Positions 52,490-64,000 of a DNA stretch of 64,000 nucleotides are shown piece by piece. Position 1 is the stretch's first letter. Every line of letters begins with the position of its first letter. The translations under genes and the position numbers were made by a program. The notes below the pieces were generated by a model. The model was not told the DNA's origin. It saw nothing but the letters and a program-made list of their open reading frames with translations, and did not search any database. Origin of the DNA: Daphnia carinata (Eukaryota); the NCBI RefSeq assembly GCF_022539665.2, contig NC_081331.1, forward strand, positions 2,728,001 to 2,792,000, in the 5' to 3' direction.

Positions 52490-53121
52490 ACTTCTGAAGT
52501 CGAAGAAACTTTGGCTACCAAGTTCAAGAAGTTGTACTAGTAGTGCTTGTGCAAGAACAGCAGTGGAAACTGGGCAGACAACGAAATTGTGGCGCGAAAA
52601 AAAGACTGGCAGAGCTTTTCTGTCACAGCATTGCCATGTTCTATTTTGCCAAGTTCGCTTTGGCAAAATATTAAGGATGAAGATTGTGTCAACTTTTTCT
52701 CATCACATTTTGTTACCAGAGCATAAAAAGCAGTGCATCACCTTTTGTGAAACTTCAAGAAATCCCAAGCGCTTAATAACATAATAGATTGGAACTGTAG
52801 ATACCTTGATGTATCCTTAAGTTGAAGCAGGAAGCAAACGCTAGTGGAACGCATGTCTATGAGAAACAAAAGCCAACAAAAGCTGTTGTTATTTAATTTA
52901 TGACAAAACTCTTGCGTCTCAATTAACCGAAATATGTGCGTAATTATATTATCATTTTGGAGCAATAATAAACTATTTTATTAACTACCGTAACCAATGT
53001 GTAACAAGAATTTTTTAAACTGCAAAAGTGATTGCCGATTCTAGTCGGCACCATGCATTACCATATAAGCCTTCAAGAACATATGAAAATTAATCAAGTT
53101 TTCAGAGCCCTCGCGATATAA

Positions 53122-54207
53122 ATGTACTCCAAAATGGCAGACCAAATATCCATTTTTTCTCGCGAATTCTACGACTTGATTCAAACTCCTGAATACTTAT
53201 GGGTATACAACTTATCGTACGCCACAACCACTCAAGAAATCGTCAACTATTTCGAAGAGCTGGTAGGGCCGATAGAGTTTTTCGCTATGCACTTGGACAA
53301 GGGCACCGATTTCCTATGCAAAGCTGAAATTCTTTTCCACCGCGCAGAGGACGCCCGCAGAGCCCTCTTACTCTACGACGGAACACAGTTTGATGGTCGT
53401 CAAATGGTTCTCAAACTCCTTGTGGACGGCCGTCAAATTCATCCCGAACAAATCGTGTTCCCTGGCTCAATTATCCTCTTGCCAGTTGTTCCAAGCGGAC
53501 GACTTTTACCTGATGATGTTACCCGGGATTTTTCAAGTGATACCAACTTTGACCAGTCCAGCTGTGAAGGAACATATATGTCTCTTTCAGAAGGTAGGTC
53601 AGATGTTAGTTCACTCGAAAAACCAAAGGGCGATCGTAATTTGGAGAAGACATTCCTACCATCCGATATCTCTTGTGAAATTGATGACTACTACTGCTTG
53701 CTTGTTTATAACCTGCAATATTCCGTCAAAGGAGAAGAGCTACTAGATCATTTTGAGATGATGGCAGGACCGGTAGAATCCGTTGGTATGTACCTTGATG
53801 ACAAAGGCTTCTTGTGCGGTAAAGCCAAAATAGTTTTTCGTCATCCTGAAGACGCTCAAAAAGCTCTAGTATGCTGCGATGGAACAGTTCTAAATGGTCG
53901 TCGGATTCATCTCAAACTCTACGTGAACGGCAAGCGCTTACGCGTCAATCAACTTGCTCTTCCACATTCAAGTTCCGCAGAGGATTGGATTCGTCCACAT
54001 GTACCTTTCGTTTCTTTGCCGTCGCCAAACTCCATGACTGAGTATTTTCCTGATGACCCAATCCTTGACTCATTCACTATGCCCACCATCAACGAAGGAA
54101 CGGACCAGAGACCAGTTCATCCTCAGGGGCCAGGGTATCCACCTTTCCTGCCGTTGGTATTTGTCAAGGATTGCGTCCGGCCATACGTGACACCTGTCTT
54201 TGAATAG
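53122..54207 (+). CDS. Intronless protein with two ALYREF/THOC4-like RRM domains
   Basis: A single 361-aa ORF with two repeats of L.VYNL.Y....E....F....GP.E...M.LD.....KA.I.F...EDA..AL...DGT...GR...LKL. TATA-like tatataag at about 53063. Confidence 0.75.
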   Translation: MYSKMADQISIFSREFYDLIQTPEYLWVYNLSYATTTQEIVNYFEELVGPIEFFAMHLDKGTDFLCKAEILFHRAEDARRALLLYDGTQFDGRQMVLKLLVDGRQIHPEQIVFPGSIILLPVVPSGRLLPDDVTRDFSSDTNFDQSSCEGTYMSLSEGRSDVSSLEKPKGDRNLEKTFLPSDISCEIDDYYCLLVYNLQYSVKGEELLDHFEMMAGPVESVGMYLDDKGFLCGKAKIVFRHPEDAQKALVCCDGTVLNGRRIHLKLYVNGKRLRVNQLALPHSSSAEDWIRPHVPFVSLPSPNSMTEYFPDDPILDSFTMPTINEGTDQRPVHPQGPGYPPFLPLVFVKDCVRPYVTPVFE

Positions 54208-55042
54208 ATCAAGAATGCAAAATTTGATTTCACGTAAATAAAGCATAAAACTGTGTATGCCGTACCTGAAAAGGTTTGCTAAGGTTGATTAAATAGAATC
54301 CTCTATGATTCATTTCTAGTATTGTTGGACTTATAATTTATTAATTTGAAAATAGGGATTAGAAAGAACAAATAGCTACCAATCAATGGCTATTAATTTT
54401 GTTCTTTTTAAGAATCCTTTAGTGAACTATATAAGTATTTTAAGTAAAACGAACTCTACTATGGGTATAAAGCTCGGAGTAGAATAACGTATCAGTAAAA
54501 CGTTATTCCTATTAACTGAAAAAAGATGTTCCAGTGTGTACGTAGCACTACATTCAATTGGAATATATGCTATCGTATCTAACTGACTAATTTCCACAGA
54601 TGGCCATTGGCCGAACGCCGTTCACTAACATTGTCGTTATTAGAACGGAGCTGGGACTGTGTTAAGGTTTATAGCATATTCTCGGAGGCGAACTCACGAC
54701 ATATGTGCATTTCACATAGCTAATGCACCATGCTGACACTTTAGCTGCACCGATATTTTTATACTGCTATTAGGAGGTAGTATGTTATGTAATACAAACA
54801 TTTTGTTAAAATATTGAGATCGAATGCTAATAATACCTTTGTTCGCCCTTATTTTGTCACAAATCCCATGATTCCCTTTTTTCAGGCAGTCAGAACTGGG
54901 TTATATTCACAGTAAATGAACTGTAGAAATCTACACACAATTATATGCAATTATTTCCATAACAGGTAACTGCTCGCGGCGTGTCCCACTAACTATTGTT
55001 GCGAAATGTAAATATTCAGATTTCTCTTTTTGATTAATTAGA

Positions 55043-56533
55043 TCAAGCTTCGACAGGTTTTATGGTAGCCAGCATATTACGGTAAGAAGCTACGTAGGTT
55101 TTCTTTGGATCATTTGGGATATCTGCTCCAAATCCGATAGCTTCCAACCGGTCGAAAAACACCTGGAAACGAGGAACCACAGAAGACAAAGATGTGCATG
55201 TGACGTTGACCTCTTTGCAGTCAATCAAACGTCGGTTTGTCTGACGCCACTCTGATGGGGTCTCAGCAGAAAAAATATCAGAAGATGGAATTGCATCTTC
55301 GAACCACTCTTCGCCAGCTATTGGGATTTTCCAGCTTGCATAAGTGGCCTCTCCTATTGATACAGTAGTCAGGAGTGAGCATAAATGCATCACCATTTCG
55401 AATTGTTTTAAACCTTATCTCAAAAAATATAACAGTTTACCTGAAGTAAGATCGATGGTATCATTTACAGTAAAGAAAGAAAATGGAATTTTTTCATAGG
55501 TCGCTGTAGAACTAGATTCGGCAGGCACAGTTGACACGTCAACGAAAAATACACCACTTAATGATACTTCGGCAGTAATGACCTAGCAAAAACAATAACA
55601 ATTATTAAACGAAAAATAATTTGACAAATGAGACTTCCAAATCAAATGCAACCATGATAAAGACATACTTTTCCGACTGGTTTAGACAACGGATTAGAAA
55701 TTACTAAAGCCGTATTTTCATCAACACCAAGCCCTTTCGGTGTGCCAATGTATGGCAGATCCCTTGAATCGAGTAGCGTACGAATCAATCGCATTTCCCG
55801 TCCTTGATCGCTGAAATGGCTATCCAATACGTAATTATTTAAGAAGCCCAATCCACCATGTTTGCAATAAGCGAGTGGAAACTGTTTCCCCGAGAAAGAT
55901 CTTTGATATTTGGTTCCCTGTACTAGGGCATTTATGGAATCGCCACTGTGAGTTACCACCGAATTTCCCTATTTAAAAAATGTATACACGTAAATTTTCG
56001 AAAATAAGCCTACAGAATTCTATAGTATACCATAATTGCGCTGTTTCCTGCTACCATTCCTCCGTTGCTCATGACAGATTTGATGGCTTTCAATACCAAA
56101 CTATCTACCCCGGAAGGACGGAGTACGTTAACCAAATTCGATTTCTCCGAGTCATCGACCAAAAAAATGCCTGTGTAGCTCCTTACTCGATCGGCTACCT
56201 CTTGAGATGAAGAATCAGCCTTTTCCAAGGAGATGATGGAAGCTGCTTTAGCTCCATATATCCGGACGAAGTTATCAACGGCTTTAGCGCCTTCCGCGCC
56301 ATTTTTTGGGGACGCCAAAATTACTCCAATATTAGCTATACCTGGCCCTCCCTTTCAAAACAAATTAGTATCGTCAAAAATAAGAAATTTTAAACATTTT
56401 AAGTCCCTACAGCTTTTTCAACCATTGTTGTCCAAATGCCAGCATTGTCGTCCTTTAGATTTCCACCTATGAGTACCAAACTTTGCGCAATAGCAACACC
56501 TGGTAGGATGAGAAGAAACGCAACAAAATACAT
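55043..56533 (-). CDS. Secreted cyanophycinase-like protein, divergent copy 4, about 398 aa
   Basis: Exons 56533-56411, 56351-56031, 55968-55669, 55582-55441, 55353-55043. Signal peptide, QSLVLIGGNL, GNSA, LDSHFSDQGREMRL, GLGVDENTAL. Four intron positions are shared with copies 1-3. Confidence 0.85.
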
Positions 56534-57120
56534 GTTCTGCTTCACCAAATAGTTCGCGAATACTGCAAATGCTCAAATGTTTTCAGTAAATGTTGTACAA
56601 CACGCGGGCGTGGTGTTCACGTGCCTTAGGCTATATTCTCACCTCACCAATCAAAAGCTGAGTAAGAAAAAAAGGGCGAATTGAAATCATGCCAACGGCC
56701 ACAGTTATGTAAAGGAAAATATGTCGACCTGCCAAGAGAAAGTATAAGGACGACCGAGAACCGTTGCTTAGATGCGTAAGAAGTATCTGGTTATGTAAAT
56801 TCGACCTGTGGATATTAAGTCAAATTCTTCTTTTTTACCAATTGTTTTTCTACTTCAACTATGGATTTAGGTTGGGAGGAGAACCGTGTACCCTAGTTTT
56901 ACTGAACTTCCAGTAAACTGTTTTGGTCTTCATCCTATTTCCTGACTTGAGTGAATGTAAAAAAAAAATGGATAAAATTGCATAAGTGTATAATGAAAAT
57001 ACCATCTGTTTTCCATTTCTTAACAGCCACTTAGGTCATAAATGTTGTATGATCAATAACAGATAGGCCACAATCTCCTACTGAGGCGGTGTAAAGATTG
57101 ATAATTTTTTATAGTTCACC

Positions 57121-60100
57121 TTAATTTGAAACAGTTTTCTTGACGATGTGATGGATTGTATCATGGGCTGATATGAAGTGGCTCGAGACTATCAGTACTT
57201 TATGGGAAGGCGATTTTTGGCGAAATAGATCACGTATAAGCTTCACTTCGTCAGGGCGTATGCCACCACATACATATAATATCACAATAGGATTGTCCAC
57301 CGGTTTTGGCTTACGTACATTGACGAACAAACTAGAAACGTAATCAGCGTATTAGAGGCAGATTCATTAGCTGTTTTTTTTTTCCAAGCGAAGAAATCCA
57401 TACCTGAAACCTGTTTTCAGTAAATCTTTTAAGCCTCCCGATTTGTGTTCTAAATCTGGATTGTCGCCCAAAGAAGGATCAAAAAGATCTTCTACCAATT
57501 GCTGTAGAAAGCTGGTACACACTACGGGCATTGCAGAGTTTTTCCGTTGATAAAGGTTTCTATTGGATTACAAAAACAATTAGTACATAACAATTTCTTT
57601 TAAACGTCATGTATCAATACTTGTATCTTTTCATATGACTGCGGTATCCACTTATGGAATGAAGTTGCTCAACGATCTTTTGAGCGGCACGGTGTGCTCG
57701 AACTTCATCTACAGGTACACCCACTAAAAGAAATGGTAGTTGATATGAGAGTTTTCTTTTAAGTTGAAAGCGATATCCTTTTTACCAAAGTCTTGTAGCG
57801 TATTTGAGAGGCTATCACATTCGTTTACGAAAATTTCTGCCACTATACTCTTTAAACGATCTTCCAAATCCAACGGAAAGAGGTTTTCACGTTTTTCACC
57901 TGCTAAAGAGTATACGTGAACTAACAAAACTAGGATGTCGTCCAAAGACAAATTCGAGTCCTTTCTAGTTTTTAACAGCTGCAAGACCTATTTTCAAATC
58001 ACACAGTTTCACCGTACTTAAATCCACAGAAAGTAAATTTTAACAAAAACCTGTATAAGAGGAGAAGGAGATTCGCCATCAAATGCCTCAATCAGCGACT
58101 TTCGGATTCCCTCTAAAATGTTCATTTGTGCTGCTTTGTGACTCTTCTGTGTTCGCCACAATGCGTATCCTATCTGACAGTTGCGGACATTTGAATCACA
58201 CTACTAATGGGATTAAAACAAACGATGTAATTTACCTGGTATAAATGAGTAAACCTTTCTATGTAATCCCAGTTCTTGTTGCAATGGCTAATCAAATCGC
58301 TCAGTTTATCAAAATCATTGGTATCTTCCAAACTATCGTTTAGCATTGCCGTAAACCATTCCGTAGCTTGTTCTTGAGTATCGTGGAACAAATGATCCAT
58401 CATTTCCAATCCGTCATTCCAATCCATTTGGGGTGCTAAACAGCCAGGCGCTGTAGTCAGATCTCCTTGCGGTTCTGTCGTCATATTAACTGCCACATCA
58501 CTCGAGTATTCATGAAGCCGGCCGAGAGTATGTAGTAGTCTATCATACAAATTTTCACTGGAGCACTTGGTAGCTGAAGCTAGATCTAGAAGCCGATCAA
58601 CTAAGATAACAGACAGTTTATTGGTCGCCGTCTGTCAAAACGAAAATGTGTTATTTTAAGAATAATATATAAATTCAATTGCCGTACTTTTCGTCGAGTT
58701 TTTGCGGCAGTTAAAGCATCAAGCTCAGTGCCAAGAATTCTACTGAAAGGACCCACTGTGAAGATATCCTCTTTTCCGTTTATGTGCTGTATCAATTGAT
58801 TAAGGTTGTTAACTAGCTGCCTGACTTGAACTTGGGATTCCAATGGCAAATTTGCATAAGTGAGCTCGTTTATTGACCGAACTGTTGGGGCATCCACCTG
58901 CTGCCAAACAGAGATTATTACACTGACAATACCTTAATTATAGGCAAAAAAGGATAGATTATCTACATGCTCAGCATAGTTTCGCTAACTCGGGCTCGAT
59001 TTTTCAACAGGGCACTCAAGGCATACGGAGCCGAATCGCTTCAGATTTGGCTTGCTTACATCACTTGCATCTCAACACAGACTACGAAAAAGCTTTTTTG
59101 TACACTTGTTGACGTTTTCGCAAGAACACCACAGCCCGTAAAAGAACGAAAACAGTACTATCTTTCAAGAGAAACTTTTCTAAGTAATAATTATGTCTTT
59201 TAGAAGAAAAAGGCAAATGATAAAATCACAAACAAAGACATTAATGCCACTGAACACATTAGATTTCTCTTCCTTTCTTTTACGTGGAGCTTGCAATAGA
59301 TGTTTTTGTCAACAAATGTACAACCAACACAGCTTAAACCACTATTACCTTGCTAAAAAGCAGAAGCTGTTCATTGAGATATCCTAAGTCACTGGTAAGA
59401 AACGGTTCTGCTAATCTGGCTGAGGGAATCAAGATTGTCTCACTTGTAGGATGTAGGGTACTCAAAGGGTAACTGAAAACTTCCACTGTATAGTTCTTAC
59501 AAACAAGAAAGAAAATTACGTAAAAACCAATTGTGAATTTTTTTATGTAAATGCATTTACCAAATTCCCCATCCATTCTAAAACATCTTCTTCTATTTTT
59601 TGCAACACTTCAGATTCATTACCTTCCCTGCTGCCCCACAAAAAGAGGTGATGCACAGATAGGTGTGCTGATGTTATGATCACACAATATTCCAAATTGC
59701 TGTTTTGAATTAGAGTTTCTAAAATTGTGTAATTTGTGCCGTGCCAGGCAGTACTGGAAATAAAGACTCCCTTCTTTATGTTTTTTGGAACAACCTGTTA
59801 AAAAAATTTTTAGATCTAAGAAAACTATATCACAGGTTTTTGGCTATAGTTTGCAATAAACTACCTCAAAGGCTGACAGTTCCTTGATACAGGTAGCTCC
59901 TGCCTCCAGAATAGATGGTGCACCTCCATTCCAATGAAGACATTCACTTTATCAATGGTTTATGTAAAATGCATACACAAATATATTAGTCTTGCTTCAA
60001 ATGGAAAAAATTACAATTACGTAGGTATACCATGCTAATGGATCCAAAAAGACAGCGGCATTTTTCATTTTTTTTCTGGCCTCAGCCCACCAAGCTTGGC

Positions 60101-60122
60101 CAAACTCCTGCCATCTTAACAT
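57121..60122 (-). CDS. SCFD2: Sec1 family domain-containing protein 2
   Basis: N-terminal WWAEARKKMKNAAVFLD...ECLHWNGG, EDIFTVGPFSR, VDRLLDLAS, LEHKSGGLKDLLKTGFSLFVNVRKPKP...ILYVCGGI. Confidence 0.8.
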
Positions 60123-63100
60123 TTCAAATTGTTAACTTTAATCCTACAACAGCTTCTTAACACTATAGACGAAGACCACTAAACAAATTTCTTATTTTTC
60201 TTGAGACAAATCTGCAGAGAAATGCCAACCGGATAAGGAATTTCCACGCGCGAACGTATACACGTGAACGGTGAAAGTCTAAACAACATCCCTAGTTTGG
60301 TAGCATGTAGGCAGTAGGCGATCTAGTCTAACGATCTAGGGTCTTACTTTCTCTTTCTCTTTATCTATAGAGTCATGACTCTAGAAGTATATGTCCTGAT
60401 AGAGTCTGTACTTCTACAATTTTGTATTCTGCAGTCTTTAAGTCTTTAGCCGCTAGGACTTAAAGAGAGACAAGACCAGCTACCAGCGAGCAGGAAATGA
60501 ACAACTCATGGTCATGGTCACGAATCGTAAATTTATGTAGAGAAATAAGCACTTTGTCACTGAATTAATATGCCCATATAACCTATCGATTTGAATCTAT
60601 TGTAAAAGTTTGCATGAAAAATTTTACTCTTAGTTTTCGTTTACACGAATCCGTGGAGATGACTGGTTTTAGTCTAACGTCAAAAGACTAAAACGAAATT
60701 GTCGAAGGCTAAATTATTATGACTCCGTTTGGCCCAAAAACATATATGAGAGAGAGTTGGCCTTCGTTCACATCTGTTTTTGTTCGTCCTCTAAATTTCA
60801 AAGCTGTACGACGCCATCTTCGGCAAAATGCCAGAATACTCATCGAGAACGAAGGCGGACGTGCCTTTAATTTAATGACAAAAAATCCACAGCAATCCAA
60901 TGCAAACGTAATACATCTAAGATTTTCTGCCCCACCTGATCACCATGGGTAGGACTCCTCCTGTTGGTTCTTTCGAAACATGATTATGAAATCCGGATGA
61001 CGAATCTCAAAATTAAAGCTGACGAAACAAACAAAAAAACACATCTTTAAATGCCCTTCCAGAAATCGTAAACGTGACGGCAGACCTCTTTCAGGTCTAT
61101 CTCCTTCTTTCTCTTTCAAATGCTGCATATCATTCTCATCGCATGAGTCATCACGATTTCGATGATGAATATTTTTTATTTTCAGATAATTTTTCAAAAC
61201 AAATTTATTTATTTCATTTTTTATGATGCTAACAATTACTATTCTATACATATATATTTTGCTTGAGGTAACAGGGTACCCTGTGAATTGTTTATCTGTT
61301 TACAAAAGTAATTTTTTCTAGGATGACTCTAGAGTCTAGACAGTTCGACAGTTGAATTGTCTCGTCATTGCTAAGTCCTTGATCAGAAACGAAACAAAAC
61401 GAAAATGATAAGATAAAAATGTGCAAATGCACTTCAGCCAGAACATATTTTTGACGTAAAAGAAAAACGGCAGAGAAGCGATAAAGTGATTACACAATTC
61501 CTCATGTTTCATCGACGTTCGAAAAAAAAAATGAGCAGTTAGTCATAATTTGACAACTTATAGAGTAACAATTTGTTTTAAATAGGTAGATTCTCCTATT
61601 GTTTATCCTTAAAGTAACAAAAAAGCAAGTTAAATGGAGTTGCTGCTTAACATTTATTGAAACTACTCTACAATGAGGGAATGGAGGTCACTAATATAAA
61701 CTTTAGGCCTTGTGACGTCAGCGACTTAGTTACAATATATGGCCTAGGTTACCTTGAAAATTAAACGTGTCTTTCTTTTCAATTTCTATTTGCTGATTGC
61801 GGACATTTCCTCTTTTTACTGACGGCCGAAGCACACTGCGTTTCCTTCTTCGCGAATCATAGTCTCGTTGTCTATGTTTCGTTTGGAGGTCGAACCTGTT
61901 CACACAATCAGGGCTATGACAAAAATTCATGATATATTGTTTTCCTTCCTGACTTCCGTCTGTCTACAACTAGACATACGTCAGGTGGGGTTTTGCCAGA
62001 GAAACACTAAGAAAATATACTGGAATTATCACCATGGAATTGGAACGCTGTTGTCTTGAAAATTCGACATGTCAGCAGCGAACCTGGCGGGAAAATCATA
62101 ACGAATAAGCCAGTCCTCTACGAAGATCGAGTTTTCCGATAAACTCCTATTGCCGAACACGATTTTTTTTACTTAGCATAAAAAGATGCCTCCCGCTAAA
62201 ATCAAAGTTGTCTCCCGCAAGTTTTTTACTTGAACTTTTGAACACGGTGTCCCAAAGGCGGTAGGTGGCGTTGGCAGATCCTCTAACGTTTCGTAAAAGT
62301 TGCCAAGTCACGTATGGCCTCGTTGGGCCTGTCTAGTGACATAGAATTGAAGGAGTTGAAATGACGTAAGGCAGACACAACCCCACCAGCTGTATGCTTC
62401 GCCACTCGAAAGCTATCAGGTCCTCTTCGTTGACCTCCCTCCTTCTCGCACATTTGGGTGGATACGGAAGAGGAGCTCCGCCTCCCCCGTTTATACCGCC
62501 ACGAGCCGCAATTTATGGCCCAGGACCATTGGTGCTGTTTCTTTTGCTTTAAGCTTTTATTTAAAAAAATCGTACATATTGGGAAATCTCCCCTTGCCAC
62601 ACAACGCAGGAGCTAGCTCTCCATTGCGTCTTTTTATTTTTGTCAGTCATTTCGTCCAGTCAGTTGCGAATCGTTCATCTTACGTGTTCTGCCGTGGATA
62701 AGTTCTCTCTTGCGTGGTAGGCTTTACTTGTTCACCAATCTGCGTAGTTGTGTTATTGTTTGAGTGAAATCGTGTTCAGTGCTTGTAGCTATTCTTGGAT
62801 TAGACCACGTAGTCTGTCACAGTCGAAAGAAGGATTTGATTAACAACTTAGTTTTTCTTCTCTCTTTTTTTCTCTGGTATTACAGCATAGATTACCCACA
62901 GTGAGAAACTTCTCAACGACTTCTACTTTGGCACGGATTTGTAGACTTCTGTTTGTGTTTATGCGAGCGCGTGGGGAATCAGAAAAGAAATCGAACCAAA
63001 AGAAAGGCAGAGAAAGGCGATCAGCTGTTGTGACGTCATCAAACAGTTTTCTCTCTTTTTGAACTAGAAAACCAAATAACAGCAAGGAAGACGGATTCAG

Positions 63101-63808
63101 CCCGTGATCTGCCATCAGAAACATTAAAAATACATTTTGCAGCTTATTGAGAGAAAAATAATTGGTAAAAATACGCAAGATTTGTTTGGTTAGTGGCTTC
63201 TCTCAAATTAAAAGCAAAAGGCAACGTCGCCGACGCGAGAAAAGGAAGGGAAAAAACTTTTTCCTTTTTTCCCAGCTGGTTCATCACATCCCCATCTCAA
63301 GCGCCCTCACTCTTTCTGTTCACTAAACTACGTGCACTACGCCTTTTCTCCTCCTCTTTGCAAGCTCTGGTTTTTCTTTGTTCCATTTTCGTCATTTCTA
63401 CAGCTTACAGGTGAATCATCTTTTATGCAATCGGTTGATATTGTATTTCAGCTTAACCAGTGACCATTGAGTGCGGGAATATCGTGTTCTTTTTTTGTTA
63501 AAATGGGTTGTGATACGTGTGTGTGAAGAATTACGGAAGGATAAGAGAACCAAGGGAGGTCGTCAAGGCCAAGTCAAGGCTCATCTTATTAGGGCCTGTG
63601 TTTTTTTATTTCCACTTCAGTCACATCGTCGACGATTTATTTTATTTATTTTACGTCTTGAAAGTATAGTTAATGCTGACGACTTTTTTTTTTCCGTTTT
63701 GGTTTAACCAGGTTAGACAGCTTTCTCATCTTCAGCTGAGTGGCTCTGCAGTTTTGTAATCTGCAAAGAGTTGGAACAGACAACCTCAGAACCTCTCATC
63801 CTAAAAAT

Positions 63809-63916
63809 ATGGAACAGGAATCCAACATGCAAGCTCCTCCGGCCCTCTGCAGATCAGGCTGTGGCTTCTATGGAAATCCTGCCACCGATGGGATGTGTTC
63901 TGTCTGTTTTAAAGAG
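63809..63916 (+). CDS. First coding exon of an A20/AN1 zinc-finger protein (ZFAND5/6-like); continues beyond the window
   Basis: [36 protein letters not shown] (A20 zinc finger) followed by a GT donor. Confidence 0.9.
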
Positions 63917-64000
63917 GTATGTCTATATTTTTTTAAAGGCTATTCTTTCTGGACATTCTTGAAGTATTGAAAGTAATTGTTTAATGTATCCATCTCTAGG

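Noticed and set aside
60368..60383. Perfect 16-bp palindrome TAGAGTCATGACTCTA, with a related GACTCTAGAGTC at 61325
   Set aside because: No TSD or paired termini were found, so there is too little to call an element.

Overview
AT-rich, gene-dense eukaryotic DNA with many 55-100 bp GT-AG introns. A small-genome arthropod, most likely a Daphnia-like cladoceran, is inferred from intron size, gene density and a CHH/ITP-type gene; this is not proven. Genes in order: clade-B fibrillar collagen (-), PDIA5 (-), CHH/ITP-like neuropeptide (+), SIRT6 (+), three tandem secreted cyanophycinase-like genes (+), GOLGA2/GM130 (+), RPL10 (-), a 1.38-kb non-autonomous TIR element with an 8-bp TSD, SNX29 (+), TM2D3 (+), TXN2 (-), Chibby (+), COX10 (-), urea transporter (+), MCM6 (-, with an apparent 1-nt frameshift), an intronless double-RRM gene (+), a fourth divergent cyanophycinase-like gene (-), SCFD2 (-) and the start of an A20/AN1 zinc-finger gene (+). 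The standout is the four-member family of intron-containing, signal-peptide-bearing peptidase S51/cyanophycinase genes. This is a typically bacterial enzyme embedded in an animal genome and is a candidate system for digesting cyanobacterial cyanophycin. All exon coordinates were read by eye and no database searches were run.
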